A stretch of 64,000 nt of DNA from Myxococcota bacterium (GCA_041687695.1 JAWLBL010000012.1:92060-156059), one strand, 5' to 3'; shown: positions 1-11,639, counted from the first letter of the stretch. The notes: a model not told the origin generated them from the sequence alone. Numbers and translations: made by a program.

Positions 1-358
1 TCGCGTCCCAGACCTGCACCCAGGCCCGCGCCACCTTCGTCGAGCGCCGCTTCGTCCCCGGCCTCGAGGGCGAGCCGACCTCCGCGCGTCAGGCCCCCGC
101 CGGCCGCCCAGGCCGCGCCCGACCGACGGGCCCCTCCCCGACGAGGTCGTCGTCGCCGAAGACGCCCCCACCGCGGCCGTCGCCGAGCTGGCCGCCCTGG
201 TCGACCAGCCCGTCGAGGTCCACCTGCGCGTCGGCGGCAGCTTCCGTGGCGTCATCACCCAAGCCAACGCCAGCTTCGTCGTGGTCAAGCCCGACACCGG
301 CCCGACCCGGACCTTGCGGCTGTCGGACATCGCCAAGGTCGTCCGCGTCGCGCCGTGA
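1..358 (+). CDS. 3' part of a hypothetical protein with a C-terminal Sm/LSm-like beta domain; truncated by window start, possible frameshift near 90-125
   Basis: Frame ending at TGA 356-358 reads ELAALVDQPVEVHLRVGGSFRGVITQANASFVVVKPDTGPTRTLRLSDIAKVV with high GC3. The first ~95 nt have high GC3 in a different frame. Confidence 0.5.
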   Translation, partial: RVPDLHPGPRHLRRAPLRPRPRGRADLRASGPRRPPRPRPTDGPLPDEVVVAEDAPTAAVAELAALVDQPVEVHLRVGGSFRGVITQANASFVVVKPDTGPTRTLRLSDIAKVVRVAP

Positions 359-524
359 CCCGCCGCCCCAGCCGGGCCCGTCCACACCCCGCTGGGGCTC
401 GCCTCCACAGTCTCCGCGCCCCTGTCTACCTGCTCGACGCCTCGCGCGGCGCCCCGCTGGCCGTGGCGCCCCCGCGAACGCTGACCCGCAGCGCTTGGCA
501 CGGTCCCTGCTGTAGGCGCAGGGC

Positions 525-1850
525 ATGGTCCCGCTCGATCCCAAGCGTTTCGGCCCCTTCGCCCTGCTCTTCCTGTCCCTGGTGGCCTGCGACGTCTCGC
601 TGGTAGGCGACGCGCCGCCCGGATGCTGCGCGCCCGATGAGCCGCCGCTGCCCACTCCCGGCGCCTGCACCGACGCCGAAGCCGCGTTGGGAGACCTCGA
701 CAACCCGGTCTACCACCTGTGCGTCGCCCCCGCCGACCTCGCGCGGCTCGACGCCGACGTCCACGGCGACCTCGAGGTCCCCGGCGTCCTGCACGCCCAG
801 GGCCGCAGCTACGCCGTCACGGTCGAGTACCAGGGCGCGCGCACGCGGCAATTTCCGAAGAAATCGTTCCACGTCAAATTCGACGACTCGGACCGCTTCC
901 GCGGCGATCCCTTCGGCGACGGCGGCGACGCCAAGGGCTTCGAGGATCTGGTCCTCAAGAGCATGTGGATCGACCAGAGCCTGATGCGCGAGGCCCTGGC
1001 CTTCGCCGTCATGGAGCGCCTCGGCGGCCCCGCGCCCCGGGTCGGCTGGGCCAACCTGACGCTCAACGGCGACTACTGGGGGCTGTACGCCGTCGTCGAG
1101 CGCGTGGACAAGCGCTTTTTGCGGCGCCGCTTCATCGCGCCGAGCGGCGACATGTACAAGGGCGTCGCCCAGTCGGCGCACCTCGACCCCGGCAGCGACT
1201 TGTCCAAGGGCTTCCGCAAGACGGTCGGCGAGGGGGCGCCCTGGGACGATCTCCACGCGCTGGTCGAGACGCTGCAGAAGACCCCGCTCACGGCCGAGGC
1301 CTTCGCCGCCCGCATCGACCCCATCTTCCCGCTGGACGCGTGGACGCGGCGCATGACCTGGATCGCCTACACGCAGAACCTCGACGCCACCACCCAGAAC
1401 TACTACCTGTACCGCGAGCCGTCGGACGCCGACGACGGCCGCTGGCGCGTCCTGCCCTGGGACTCGGACATCGCCTTCGCCAACCACTGGGTCGTCGAAC
1501 GCCCTCACTTCCCCGTGACCGAAAAGCACATGCTGGTCGGCAACCACCACTTCTCGCGCCGGCTGGTCAAGGTCACCCCGCTGCGCCACGCCTACGTCGA
1601 CCAGTTCCACGCCCTGCTCGACGACGCGCTCTCCCCAAAGGCCGTCCGCCCGCTCGCCCTGGCCCTCTACCGGCGCGTCGCGAACGACCTCGCCCGCGAC
1701 CACGCCCGCTGGGAGCGCCCCTCGACCCCCGCGCAGGAGCTGGCCGAGATCCTGGACTTCATCGATCGCCGCCCCGCCTACCTGCGCGACCAGCTCGACG
1801 CCCTGCGCGGCGACCCCAACCTGCCCGACCCCTTCATCGACGGCCTCTGA
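525..1850 (+). CDS. CotH kinase family lipoprotein
   Basis: Lipobox LVAC; CotH-type motifs KKSFHVKF, LMREALAF, LNGDYWGLY..VE, NYYLY, LPWDSDIAF. Confidence 0.85.
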   Translation: MVPLDPKRFGPFALLFLSLVACDVSLVGDAPPGCCAPDEPPLPTPGACTDAEAALGDLDNPVYHLCVAPADLARLDADVHGDLEVPGVLHAQGRSYAVTVEYQGARTRQFPKKSFHVKFDDSDRFRGDPFGDGGDAKGFEDLVLKSMWIDQSLMREALAFAVMERLGGPAPRVGWANLTLNGDYWGLYAVVERVDKRFLRRRFIAPSGDMYKGVAQSAHLDPGSDLSKGFRKTVGEGAPWDDLHALVETLQKTPLTAEAFAARIDPIFPLDAWTRRMTWIAYTQNLDATTQNYYLYREPSDADDGRWRVLPWDSDIAFANHWVVERPHFPVTEKHMLVGNHHFSRRLVKVTPLRHAYVDQFHALLDDALSPKAVRPLALALYRRVANDLARDHARWERPSTPAQELAEILDFIDRRPAYLRDQLDALRGDPNLPDPFIDGL

Positions 1851-1863
1851 CCCGCGCGGCCTT

Positions 1864-3861
1864 TCACGCCGCCCCCCGCGCCGCCTCGGCGCCGGGCTCG
1901 AAGACCGCCACCCGATACTCGCGCCCGTGTTTGCCCGTCAGCCGCAGGTCACGCCGCGCGAACGGCTCGCCCGGCAGCGCGGCGGCCAGCGCCTCGGCCA
2001 GCACCACGCGCGTCCCCTCGCCCTCGACGGCGCGCTCGAGATCGGCCAGGCGGGCCGCGTCGACGAAGGCGTTGCTGGCGCCGACCTCGCTCCACCCCGG
2101 GGCCCGCGTGTCACCCAGCTGGTGCCACACGGGGCGGATGGCCCCCACCGACAGGCCGCCGCGGAAACGCAGCGCCTCGGGCAGCCCGCGCAGCCGCCGT
2201 TCGCGCAGCTGCCGCGACAGCTCCGCGAGCCGCGCGTCCATCTCGCGGACGGCCTGCAGGGCGGCGCCGGCCGGAGACGCGTGGTCCCCGGCCGCGAAGA
2301 ACGCGGTCACCGCGTCGCCCTCGGTCTGCAGGACCGTCCCGCCCCGCGCGATCGCCGCCGCGCACAGGACCGCCAGGCACTCCTCGGCCAGGGCTCCCGC
2401 CTGTCCCAACCGGGCGCCCTCGCGGAACAGGGCCTCGGACCCCTTGAGGTCCACCACCAGCAGGGCGCCGTCCAGCGCTTCGGGGAGCTCCGGGCCGCGG
2501 TGATACTTCGACACCGGCGTGCGCTGGATGAGCTGCCGCTCGCGGTGCAGCTCGAGCGAGGCCAGCGCCCCCAGGCCGAGCAGCAGCGCGAGGTGCCCGG
2601 CGCCGTGCCAGGTCATCACGTCGATGACGTCGAGCTCCTCGACCAGCCCGAGCGCGCCGACCGTGGCCAGCCCCGCCCCGAACAGCACGAGGCGCCGGCG
2701 GCGGACCGGGAAGGTCCCCGCGCGCCGACCCGACAGGTCGAACGCCTGCACGAAGCAGAACAGCGCGCCGGCGATGTGCCCCAGGGGGACCCACCAGTCG
2801 GCGGCCACGACGCGGACGGCGAGCAGCGCCTCGCGGTCGGGCGCCAGGAGCACGGCCAGCGCGGGGGCGACGGCGGTCCCGACCACCAGCCAGGCCAGCA
2901 GCTTGCGGCGTCCTCGGGCGAAGGCCAGGCCCAGGGCCATGGCGAAGCCGCCGGCGAGCAGGTGGGCGCTGGCGGCCAGCGTCATGGCCGCGTCGCGCGA
3001 CAGCGTCAGGAACACCAGGTCGACCTTGCGCAGGTGCATCACGGCGTTGGCCAGCGCGTACAGGGCCAGATACCAGTACTCGAGGCGCTCGCGGGCCGAG
3101 GACCAGAAGATGAAGAAGGCCAGCGCGAAGACCAGGCTGGCGGCGAACAGCCCCATGGGCCGCCCGGCGAGCCAGAAGAACATCTGGCGGCGGTACGCGG
3201 TCGCGTCACTGCGCGTCATGAAGCCCTGCCCGCGGCCATAGTGCAGGTCGGGCGACGAGGCGCCGGCGTCGTCGACGATGCGCACCGCCACGTGCAGGGG
3301 CCGCGGCTGCCTCAGGCGGCCGTGAGAGAGGCCCACGATGATGGGCTCGGTGTCCGAGAAGCCCCCCTCGAGCACCAGCTCGCCGTCGATCCAGAGGCGG
3401 TGCGAGGCGTTGACCCAGCCGAGCACGAGCTGGTTCGCCCCGGCCTCGGCCGCGGCCTGCAGGGTGTCCACGGAGACACGCGCCCCGACCCAGTAGGTGC
3501 CGCCGCGGCGCCCCAGCACGCGCTCGCGGTGGCGCTGGTCACGCTGCGGGTGCGGGCTGTCGAACAGGGCCGCCACCCCAGGCGCGGCCGGGCACGGCGC
3601 CCGCGCCTGGTCGGGCGCGCAGCCTTCGTCGTCGCCGTCATAGGCGGCGCGCCAGCGCTCGGCCGGGATCGTGACGGCCGGCCGCAGCCCCTGCCAGCGC
3701 CCCAGCACCTCGGTGAACGCCACGACCCACACGCCCGAGACCAGGGCCAGCAGCGCCAGAAAGAACGCGCCCTTGCTCCACGCATCGCGCCGCGTCGACA
3801 GCAGCCGCGCCTCGGCCGGGGTGCGCCGCAGCAGGGCCGCCAACCGCGACAGTCCGTGCAT
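1864..3861 (-). CDS. Membrane-bound class III nucleotide cyclase-like protein (extracellular domain, multi-TM region, cyclase domain)
   Basis: VVDLKGS, TEGDA, FRGGLSVG and DAARL resemble the AC/GC motifs; about 7 hydrophobic helices precede them. Start taken at ATG 3861. Confidence 0.7.
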   Translation of the reverse strand: MHGLSRLAALLRRTPAEARLLSTRRDAWSKGAFFLALLALVSGVWVVAFTEVLGRWQGLRPAVTIPAERWRAAYDGDDEGCAPDQARAPCPAAPGVAALFDSPHPQRDQRHRERVLGRRGGTYWVGARVSVDTLQAAAEAGANQLVLGWVNASHRLWIDGELVLEGGFSDTEPIIVGLSHGRLRQPRPLHVAVRIVDDAGASSPDLHYGRGQGFMTRSDATAYRRQMFFWLAGRPMGLFAASLVFALAFFIFWSSARERLEYWYLALYALANAVMHLRKVDLVFLTLSRDAAMTLAASAHLLAGGFAMALGLAFARGRRKLLAWLVVGTAVAPALAVLLAPDREALLAVRVVAADWWVPLGHIAGALFCFVQAFDLSGRRAGTFPVRRRRLVLFGAGLATVGALGLVEELDVIDVMTWHGAGHLALLLGLGALASLELHRERQLIQRTPVSKYHRGPELPEALDGALLVVDLKGSEALFREGARLGQAGALAEECLAVLCAAAIARGGTVLQTEGDAVTAFFAAGDHASPAGAALQAVREMDARLAELSRQLRERRLRGLPEALRFRGGLSVGAIRPVWHQLGDTRAPGWSEVGASNAFVDAARLADLERAVEGEGTRVVLAEALAAALPGEPFARRDLRLTGKHGREYRVAVFEPGAEAARGAA

Positions 3862-3993
3862 CGGGCGTCTCCGGACCCGGCGCCGTTCGGTCCGGCGCGA
3901 CCGTCGCGCCGAGGCCTCGCGACCCACCGCGGCGCATTGTGGGCCCTTCCACGCCGGACCGCCAGCCCGCCCTGCCGCGCGCGCCGGAGCGGC

Positions 3994-4710
3994 TCAGCGC
4001 CGCCCGCGGGTCAGGCGCCGATCGGCCGGCCCCGGCAGATCCAGCGACTCGCCGGCCTGCCGACCCTGGCGGTAGGCGCGGGCGTCGACGCGCACGCCGC
4101 GGCCGCGGCCCAGGCTCATGTGCTCGCCGACCCAGCGGTCCACCGCCTCGCGGCGGGCCAGCTCCAGCGGGTCGACGACCACCAGCTCGCGTCCGGTCAG
4201 CTCCTGCCGGACCTCCTCGTCGACCTGCCGCAAGCGCTCGGCCACCGTCTCGACCGCGCCCACGCGGAAGGCCTCGTGCCACTCGCGGGGCCGGCCGGCG
4301 CCGTGGGTGGCGGAGAGCCACTCGATGCGCTTGACGACAAATCCCCACAGCGCGGCGACCGCCTGCCGGTCCCGCTCGCGCCCGACCAAGGCGATGGCCT
4401 TCTCGGCGCCCAGATCCAAGGTGTAGGCGACGCAGCCGTTGGCGTCGGCCAGCACGGTCGCCAGGACCGTCTTCCACTTGCGCAGCCGGCGCGCCACCTC
4501 GAGCGGCGCGTCGCGGCCGTCGGTGATCGGGTCGGGGTCGGCCTCGGCGGCCTGCTCGGCGGCCAGCCAGCCCTCGAGCCGATGCCGCGCGATGAGCCGC
4601 TGGGCCATCGCGGCCGCCGCCGCCGCCTCGTGGAGGTTCGGCGACGTGGCCAGGGCCAGCAGCTTGCGCACGCGCTCGAGCAGCGCCTCGTCGGTGTCCC
4701 GCGACGTCAT
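3994..4710 (-). CDS. DUF2786 domain protein
   Basis: N-terminal ERVRKLLALATSPNLHEAAAAAAMAQRLIARH; C-terminal AYRQGRQAG. Confidence 0.75.
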   Translation of the reverse strand: MTSRDTDEALLERVRKLLALATSPNLHEAAAAAAMAQRLIARHRLEGWLAAEQAAEADPDPITDGRDAPLEVARRLRKWKTVLATVLADANGCVAYTLDLGAEKAIALVGRERDRQAVAALWGFVVKRIEWLSATHGAGRPREWHEAFRVGAVETVAERLRQVDEEVRQELTGRELVVVDPLELARREAVDRWVGEHMSLGRGRGVRVDARAYRQGRQAGESLDLPGPADRRLTRGRR

Positions 4711-4761
4711 CGCGGCCTGTCTCCCAGAGCGCGTGCGCTTCTGTCAACGGCCTCGGAAGGG

Positions 4762-5265
4762 CTACTTCTTGGCCGGAGCGGGAGCTGGAGCCGGAGCCGG
4801 CGCGGGCGCCGCCTTCTTGCCGCAGCCGCAGCTGGCCTTGTCTTTGCAGCCCTCGCCCTTGCCGCACTCGCAGCCGGCCTTGTCTTTACAGCCCTCGCAC
4901 TTGCCGCAGTCGCAGCCGGCCTTGTCCGCCTTGTCTTTGCAGCCCTCGCACTTGCCGCAGTCGCAGGCGGCCTTGTCCTTGCCGCACTCGCAGCCGGCCT
5001 TGTCTTTGCAGCCCTCGCACTGACCGCAGGCCTTGTCACCGGCCTTGTCACCGGCCTTGTCGCAGTTCGGACACGCCTGCACGGCCTGCTCCTGCGCCTG
5101 CCCGTCGCACGTCGGCGCGACCGTCGCAGCCGCCTCCGTCGCCGCGCCCGTGCAGGTCGCCACCGCGGCGCGCTCGTCCGCGCTCGCCCCGTCCATGGCC
5201 GCGAAGGCCGCCACGGGCCCCGCCGTCATCACCATCGCCAGCAGCACCTTCATCCAACCCGACAT
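4762..5265 (-). CDS. Secreted Cys/Lys-rich metallothionein-like protein (167 aa, 22 Cys)
   Basis: Signal peptide MKVLLAMVMTAGPVAAFA; repeated CxCGKCEGCKDKAG units; PA-repeat tail. Confidence 0.7.
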   Translation of the reverse strand: MSGWMKVLLAMVMTAGPVAAFAAMDGASADERAAVATCTGAATEAAATVAPTCDGQAQEQAVQACPNCDKAGDKAGDKACGQCEGCKDKAGCECGKDKAACDCGKCEGCKDKADKAGCDCGKCEGCKDKAGCECGKGEGCKDKASCGCGKKAAPAPAPAPAPAPAKK

Positions 5266-5369
5266 CGACGCCTCCGTTGACGCGACCTGACAGTGGCCGC
5301 GGCCGTTGAACGCCCCAGAGCCTCGACACAATCCCGCGCTGGACCAGCCTCTTTCTTTCGACGGCTTCG

Positions 5370-5413
5370 AAAAGCCGACGCCCCGCCGGGCGCGGGGCCG
5401 GGCGGGGCGTCGG
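5370..5413 (-). terminator. Rho-independent terminator after the first DUF6515-like gene
   Basis: 13-bp stem CCGACGCCCCGCC/GGCGGGGCGTCGG followed by CTTTT on the minus strand. Confidence 0.65.
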
Positions 5414-5435
5414 GAAGGAGGGGCCACCGAGGGGG

Positions 5436-5927
5436 TCAGGCCGGGCGAGCGACGATGACGAAGTCGCGGCGGCGCGGGTCGAAGCGGAACCAGGTGCCCT
5501 CGAGGCGGGCGTACGTCCGGCCCCGGATGGTCATCCGCTGGGCGTCGCGGGGCAGGACCTTCACCCGGGCACCGACGGGCGCCTGGGTCATCACATAGCC
5601 GCCGCGGGCGGCGCGGTAGAAGTCACCGTCGACCAGGAAGTACCGCGCCCCGGCGTAACGCACCACCTTGTGCCGCTTGGGCAGCAAGCGCAGGAAGCGG
5701 TCGGAGCGGGCCGGCTTGGTGAGGATCACCGGCTTGGGCGCCTGGTGGACGATGACCACCTTCTCCGGCCCCCTGTGGGCCGGCCCGACCTTGGTCGGCT
5801 CGACCACCACCTTGTTCGGCTTGTTCGGCTTGTGCTGCTTGGGCCCGCCCGGCGCCGCCAGCGCCGTCCCCGCCATCGCCAGGGTGAGGACCATCGCCAG
5901 CATTCCCTTTCCAAGTGCCTTCCACAT
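5436..5927 (-). CDS. Secreted DUF6515-like protein
   Basis: Signal peptide; YFLVDGDFYR..GGYVMTQAPVGARVKVLP pattern; paralog of 6212-6742. Confidence 0.7.
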   Translation of the reverse strand: MWKALGKGMLAMVLTLAMAGTALAAPGGPKQHKPNKPNKVVVEPTKVGPAHRGPEKVVIVHQAPKPVILTKPARSDRFLRLLPKRHKVVRYAGARYFLVDGDFYRAARGGYVMTQAPVGARVKVLPRDAQRMTIRGRTYARLEGTWFRFDPRRRDFVIVARPA

Positions 5928-5986
5928 GACCGTCTCCTGCGAGTCTCGAACCGTTTTCGGGTGCGTTGCCGTGTTCCTGTTCATTC

Positions 5987-6013
5987 GACACGGCACCCCC
6001 AGACCCGGTTGAC
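5987..6013 (-). promoter_or_regulatory. Putative ECF sigma promoter GTCAACC-N15-GTGTC
   Basis: Exact motif shared with 12537-12563, 16400-16426 and 17511-17537. Confidence 0.75.
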
Positions 6014-6144
6014 GGCCCCGACAATTTTTTTCGCGTCGCATGCGCGGGCTCCTCCGAGCCATGGCCGCCGGCGCGGCCCGCGCCCGATATCCTGGGTCCC
6101 GCGGCATCGCAGGAATCGCCGTGCTCAGCGGCGCAGCGCATTCG

Positions 6145-6186
6145 AAACGCCGACGCCCCGCCGGGCGCAGGGCCGGGCGGGGCGTC
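6145..6186 (-). terminator. Terminator-like hairpin after the second DUF6515-like gene
   Basis: Near-identical copy of the 5374-5411 hairpin (one mismatch), followed by GTTT on the minus strand. Confidence 0.55.
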
Positions 6187-6211
6187 AGGAGATGGAGGCC
6201 GGGGAGGGCGA

Positions 6212-6742
6212 CTACATCGGCGCGGTCACGACGACGTAGTGGCGGCGGGCCGGCTCGTAGCGGTACCAGGAGCCGTCGACGAAGTAGTACTGGCGGTCGC
6301 GGACGACGCGGCGCTCGGCCCAGGTGGGCACGTCGACGACGATGGCGCCGACGGGCGAGCTGACCAGGACGTAGCCGACGCGGTCGCGGACGTACCAGCC
6401 GCCGTCGTGGTAGTAGTAGGGGGTCCCGCGGTGGACGACGCGGCGGTGGGCGCGGGGCATGGCCTTGTAGTAGCGGGCCCGCTGCGCGCGCTGGTAGCGC
6501 TTGTGAGCGCGGCGCTCGGCCTTGTGGGCGCGGCGCTCGGCCTTGCGGTGCGCCCGGCGATGCGCCTTGGCGTGCGCCTTCTTCGCCTTGACCTTGGCCT
6601 TGTGATGCTTGCCGCCCTGCTTGTGGCCGCGGGACTGGTGGTGCTTGCCTCCGTGACCGCCGCCTGGGGCCGCTAGCGCCGACGCGCCCAGGCCGGTCAC
6701 CATGAAGATGGACAGGATGGCGGTCGTGAAGAGCTTGCGCAT
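6212..6742 (-). CDS. Secreted DUF6515-like protein with a His/Lys/Arg-rich linker
   Basis: Signal peptide MRKLFTTAILSIFMVTGLGASALA; YYYHDGGWY..GYVLVSSPVGAIVVDVP. Confidence 0.7.
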   Translation of the reverse strand: MRKLFTTAILSIFMVTGLGASALAAPGGGHGGKHHQSRGHKQGGKHHKAKVKAKKAHAKAHRRAHRKAERRAHKAERRAHKRYQRAQRARYYKAMPRAHRRVVHRGTPYYYHDGGWYVRDRVGYVLVSSPVGAIVVDVPTWAERRVVRDRQYYFVDGSWYRYEPARRHYVVVTAPM

Positions 6743-6825
6743 GGGTCGTCTCCTGAGTGGGCCGGGCCGGAGGCCGGGGCCGTGTTGCGTCACGAAAACC
6801 GCAGACGCCGTGGATGGTGGGATCT

Positions 6826-8305
6826 TCACTCGTTTTCGGCTTCGAGGGAACCCGCCCCGCCGAGCAGCCGCCCGGTGAGGTGCTCGAGCGACACCGACGC
6901 GGTCGCCACGTCGGCCCGCGCCCGCGCCACGCGCAGCTCCGCGCGGCGCTGCTCCTGCTGGATGAGCAGCAGCTCGAGCGCGGTCGCCGCCCCCGCCTCG
7001 TAGCGCGCCTGCTGCCCCTCGGCCGACTGCGCGGCGAGGCGCGCCGTCTCCTCGGCGAACTCTACGCGCCCGGCCGCCGCCCGCAGCGCCTCGAGCCCGC
7101 GCACGGCCTCGACCCCGACCCGCTCGCGCGCGTCCTGCAGCTGCCGCTCGGCCGCCTCGACCGCCAGCCGCGCCCGCTCGGCGTCGGCCTTCTGCTCGGT
7201 CCGGTCCAGCGGCAGCTCCAGATCCAGCCCCACGAAGGCGCTGAAGGTCGTGGAGTCCGTCCCGCGGTCCTCGCCCGTGCGCAGCTGCACCCAGCCGCGC
7301 GAGTCCAGCCGCGGCCGCGCCAGCTCCTCGGCCACCGACGCCTCGATACGCGCCTGCTCGACCCGCGCCTCGAGCTGCGCCAGCTCGAAGGCCTGCGCCA
7401 TCGCCGCCGCGACCAGCGTCTCCTCGGCGTCCGGCACCACCGCCGCCACGGCCTCGGCCTCGTCGGCGACGACCCGCTCCGTCAGCGGCGCCCCGACGCG
7501 CCGCGCCAGCTCCACCTGCGCGCGCCGCGTGGTCGCCTCGGCCGCCCGCAGGCTCTCGCGCAGCGACGCCACCTCGGTCCGCAGCTGCAACAGATCGTAG
7601 GGCGCCCGGGACCCGGCCGCGACCCGCAGCTCGGCCTCGCGCACCTTCTGCTCGCTCAGCGCCAGCGCCCGCCGCTCGATGCCCTCGGCCGCCTGCGCGT
7701 ACCACAGCTCCCAGTAGGCCAGCAGCACGTCCCGCGCCGCCTCGCTCGCCGACTGCAGCCGCGACAGCTCGGCCGCCCGCCGCCCGATGCGCGCGATGCG
7801 CAGCGACGCCTCGCCGAAGTCGGTCCCCAGCCCGCGCATCAGCGGCTGCACCGCGGTCAGCCGCGCCGTCAGCCCGTAGCCGGGGTCCAGATCGAAGGTG
7901 TTGGTCGCGCCCTGGGTCAGCCCGGTCTGCGACCACCGCGACAGCCCCACCTCGGCCGCCAGCTGCGTGCCGGTCGCAAACGACTTGCTGACGCCCGTGC
8001 TCAAGACGATCTCGTCGGCCGAGCCGGTGGTCAGCACGCCGTCCCTCGCCTGCAGCGCGCTGCCGTCGCGGCTGTAGCCGGCGGTCGCCGTCAGGACGGG
8101 CGCCCACGCGTTGGCCTCGGCGCGTTCGCTCAGGCGGGCGCGCTCGGCCTCGACGATGGCCGCCTTCAGCGACGGGCTGTGGTCGGCGGCCAGGGCCAGC
8201 GCCTCGGCCGCCGTCAGCGCGCGGCCAGCGGCCGGCTGGGCCAGGGCGGAGGTGGGCAGGGCGAGGGACACCGCGGCCAGGACCGCGGCGGACAGGCGGG
8301 TCAGG

Positions 8306-8313
<8 letters not shown>
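6826..8313 (-). CDS. TolC family outer membrane efflux protein
   Basis: Signal peptide; two OEP-like halves; RYEAGAATALELL; ends a MacAB-type operon. Confidence 0.85.
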
Positions 8314-9507
<1,194 letters not shown>

Positions 9508-9511
<4 letters not shown>

Positions 9512-10275
9512 CCCAGCACCTCCGCCGGGGTCCCGTCGCGCTTGACCAGGCCGTCCTCGAACCACAGGACGCGGCCGGCGTAGGCGGCCATCTCCGGCTC
9601 GTGGGTGACCATGGCGATGGTCAGGCCGCGCTCGCGCTGCAGGCGCACCAGCAGCTCCATGATCTCGGCCGAGCGCGCCGAGTCCAGGTTGCCCGTCGGC
9701 TCGTCGGCCAGGATGAGCGCGGGGTCGGCGGTCAGCGCCCGCGCGATGGCGACGCGCTGCTGCTGCCCGCCCGAGAGCTGGGCCGGCGTGTGGTCGGCGC
9801 GGTCGGCCAGGCCGACCATGGCCAGCATCTCCATGGCCCGCTTGCGCCGCGCCGCCTTGCGCACGCCGCGGTAGATGAGCGGCAGCTCGACGTTCTCGAG
9901 CGCCGTGGTGCGCGGCAGCAGGTTGAAGCTCTGGAAGACGAAGCTCAGGTAGTGTCGCCGCAGCAGCGCCCGCTCGTCGCGGCCGAGGGGGCCCACGTCG
10001 ACGCCGCGGAACCAGTAGCGGCCCTCGGTCGGGCGGTCGAGCGCGCCCAGCATGTTCATGAAGGTCGACTTGCCCGAGCCGCTCGAGCCCATGACCGCGA
10101 CGAACTCGCCCTCGCGCAGGGTGAGATCGACGCCGCGCAGGGCGTGGACGAAGGTGTCGCCCGCGCCGTAGACCTTGTGCAGGCCCTCGATGCGCACGAG
10201 CGCCGGGGCCGTCGCCGCGACCGGGGCCGCGACGCTGTGGGACGCAGGGCGGGCGGTGGCGACGGCGGCGTTCAT
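9508..10275 (-). CDS. ABC transporter ATP-binding protein (MacB/LolD-like)
   Basis: [35 protein letters not shown]. Confidence 0.95.
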
Positions 10276-11639
10276 CTCGCAGCCTCCTCGACGCCGACCA
10301 GCACCCGGTCGTCGGCGGTCAGCTCGCCGCCCGTCACCTCGGTGAAGGCGCTGTCGGTCGCGCCGGTCTGCACGCGCACCGGCGTCGGCTCGCCGTCGCG
10401 CAGCACCCAGACCCGCGCGCCACGGCCGCCGGTCCGCTCGCCGCCGGCCCGCTCGCCGCCGCCCGCCCGCGCGGTCGCCTGGCCGCCGCGGCCGCCGCCG
10501 CGACCGCCGCCGAAGCCCCGCCCGCCCAGCATCGGCATGCCCGGCATGCCGCCGCGGCCGGCGGACGGCGCCGACTCGCCCTCGGGGCGCGGCGGGCGGA
10601 AGCGCAGCGCGGTGTTGGGCACCTTCAGGACGTCGCGCACGGCGCTCGCGGTGATGGTGGCCGTGGCGGTCATGCCGGGGCGCAGCTTCAGCTCGCCGTT
10701 GTCGACCGACAGCACGGCCTCGTAGGTGACGACGTTCTGCGTGACCACCGGCGCGTAGCGCACGGCCTTGACGGTGGCGGCGAACCGCTGGTCCGGGTAG
10801 GCGTCGACCGTGAAGCTGGCCTCCATGCCCGGCTGGACCTTGGCGACGTCGGCCTCGTCGATGGCCAGCCGCAGCTCCATGCGGGTGAGGTCCTCGGCGA
10901 TCTTGAACAGCACCGGCGTCTGCAGCGAGGCGGCCACCGCGTTGCCGGGCTCGACGGCGCGCAGCAGGACCACGCCGTCGATGGGGGACTTGATGACGGC
11001 GCGGTCGAGGTCGGTCTGGACCTGCTTGACGCGCGCCTCGCTCAGGCGCTTTTGCGCGCGGGCGTTGTCCAGCGAGGCGAAGGCGCGGGCGCGGGCGGCC
11101 TTGGTGGTCTCGGCGCGCTCGGCGCTCTCGAGGCCCTGCTTGGTCAGCTTCTGCATGCGCTCGTCGGCCAGCTTGGCCTCGGTGAAGGAGGCGGCGGCCT
11201 GCTGCACCGTGGCGGCCGAGGCCGCGAGCTGCGCCTGGGCCTGCTCGAGCTGGGCCGCGAGCGGCTCGGTGTCGAGGCGGATGAGCACCTGGCCCTTGTC
11301 CACGTGCTCGTTCCAGTCGGCCTCGACCGCGATGACGCGGCCGGAGATCTCGGGGCCGACGTCGACGGTGGTCAGGGGCTCGACAGAACCGGTCGCGCCG
11401 ACGGTGATGAGGATGTCGCCGCGGCTGACGCCGGCGGTGCGCCACGAGGGCGGCGGCGGCGGCTCGTTCAGCTGCTGGTAGGCGTGAAGGCCGCCGTAGC
11501 CGAGCCCGCCCAGCACCAGCAGGGTCAGGACCCGGCGCCGCCACTTCACGCCGCCGGACAGGCCCAGCGTCTTGCGGACGGCTTCGTCGGGGGCGGGCAG
11601 GACGTCGAGGGGCTCGACTTCGGCGTTGGGGGCCGTCAT
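10272..11639 (-). CDS. MacA-like periplasmic adaptor subunit
   Basis: N-terminal TM; VDVGPEISGRV, IKSPIDGVV, IDEADVAKV, LRPGMTA. Confidence 0.92.
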   Translation of the reverse strand: MTAPNAEVEPLDVLPAPDEAVRKTLGLSGGVKWRRRVLTLLVLGGLGYGGLHAYQQLNEPPPPPSWRTAGVSRGDILITVGATGSVEPLTTVDVGPEISGRVIAVEADWNEHVDKGQVLIRLDTEPLAAQLEQAQAQLAASAATVQQAAASFTEAKLADERMQKLTKQGLESAERAETTKAARARAFASLDNARAQKRLSEARVKQVQTDLDRAVIKSPIDGVVLLRAVEPGNAVAASLQTPVLFKIAEDLTRMELRLAIDEADVAKVQPGMEASFTVDAYPDQRFAATVKAVRYAPVVTQNVVTYEAVLSVDNGELKLRPGMTATATITASAVRDVLKVPNTALRFRPPRPEGESAPSAGRGGMPGMPMLGGRGFGGGRGGGRGGQATARAGGGERAGGERTGGRGARVWVLRDGEPTPVRVQTGATDSAFTEVTGGELTADDRVLVGVEEAAR

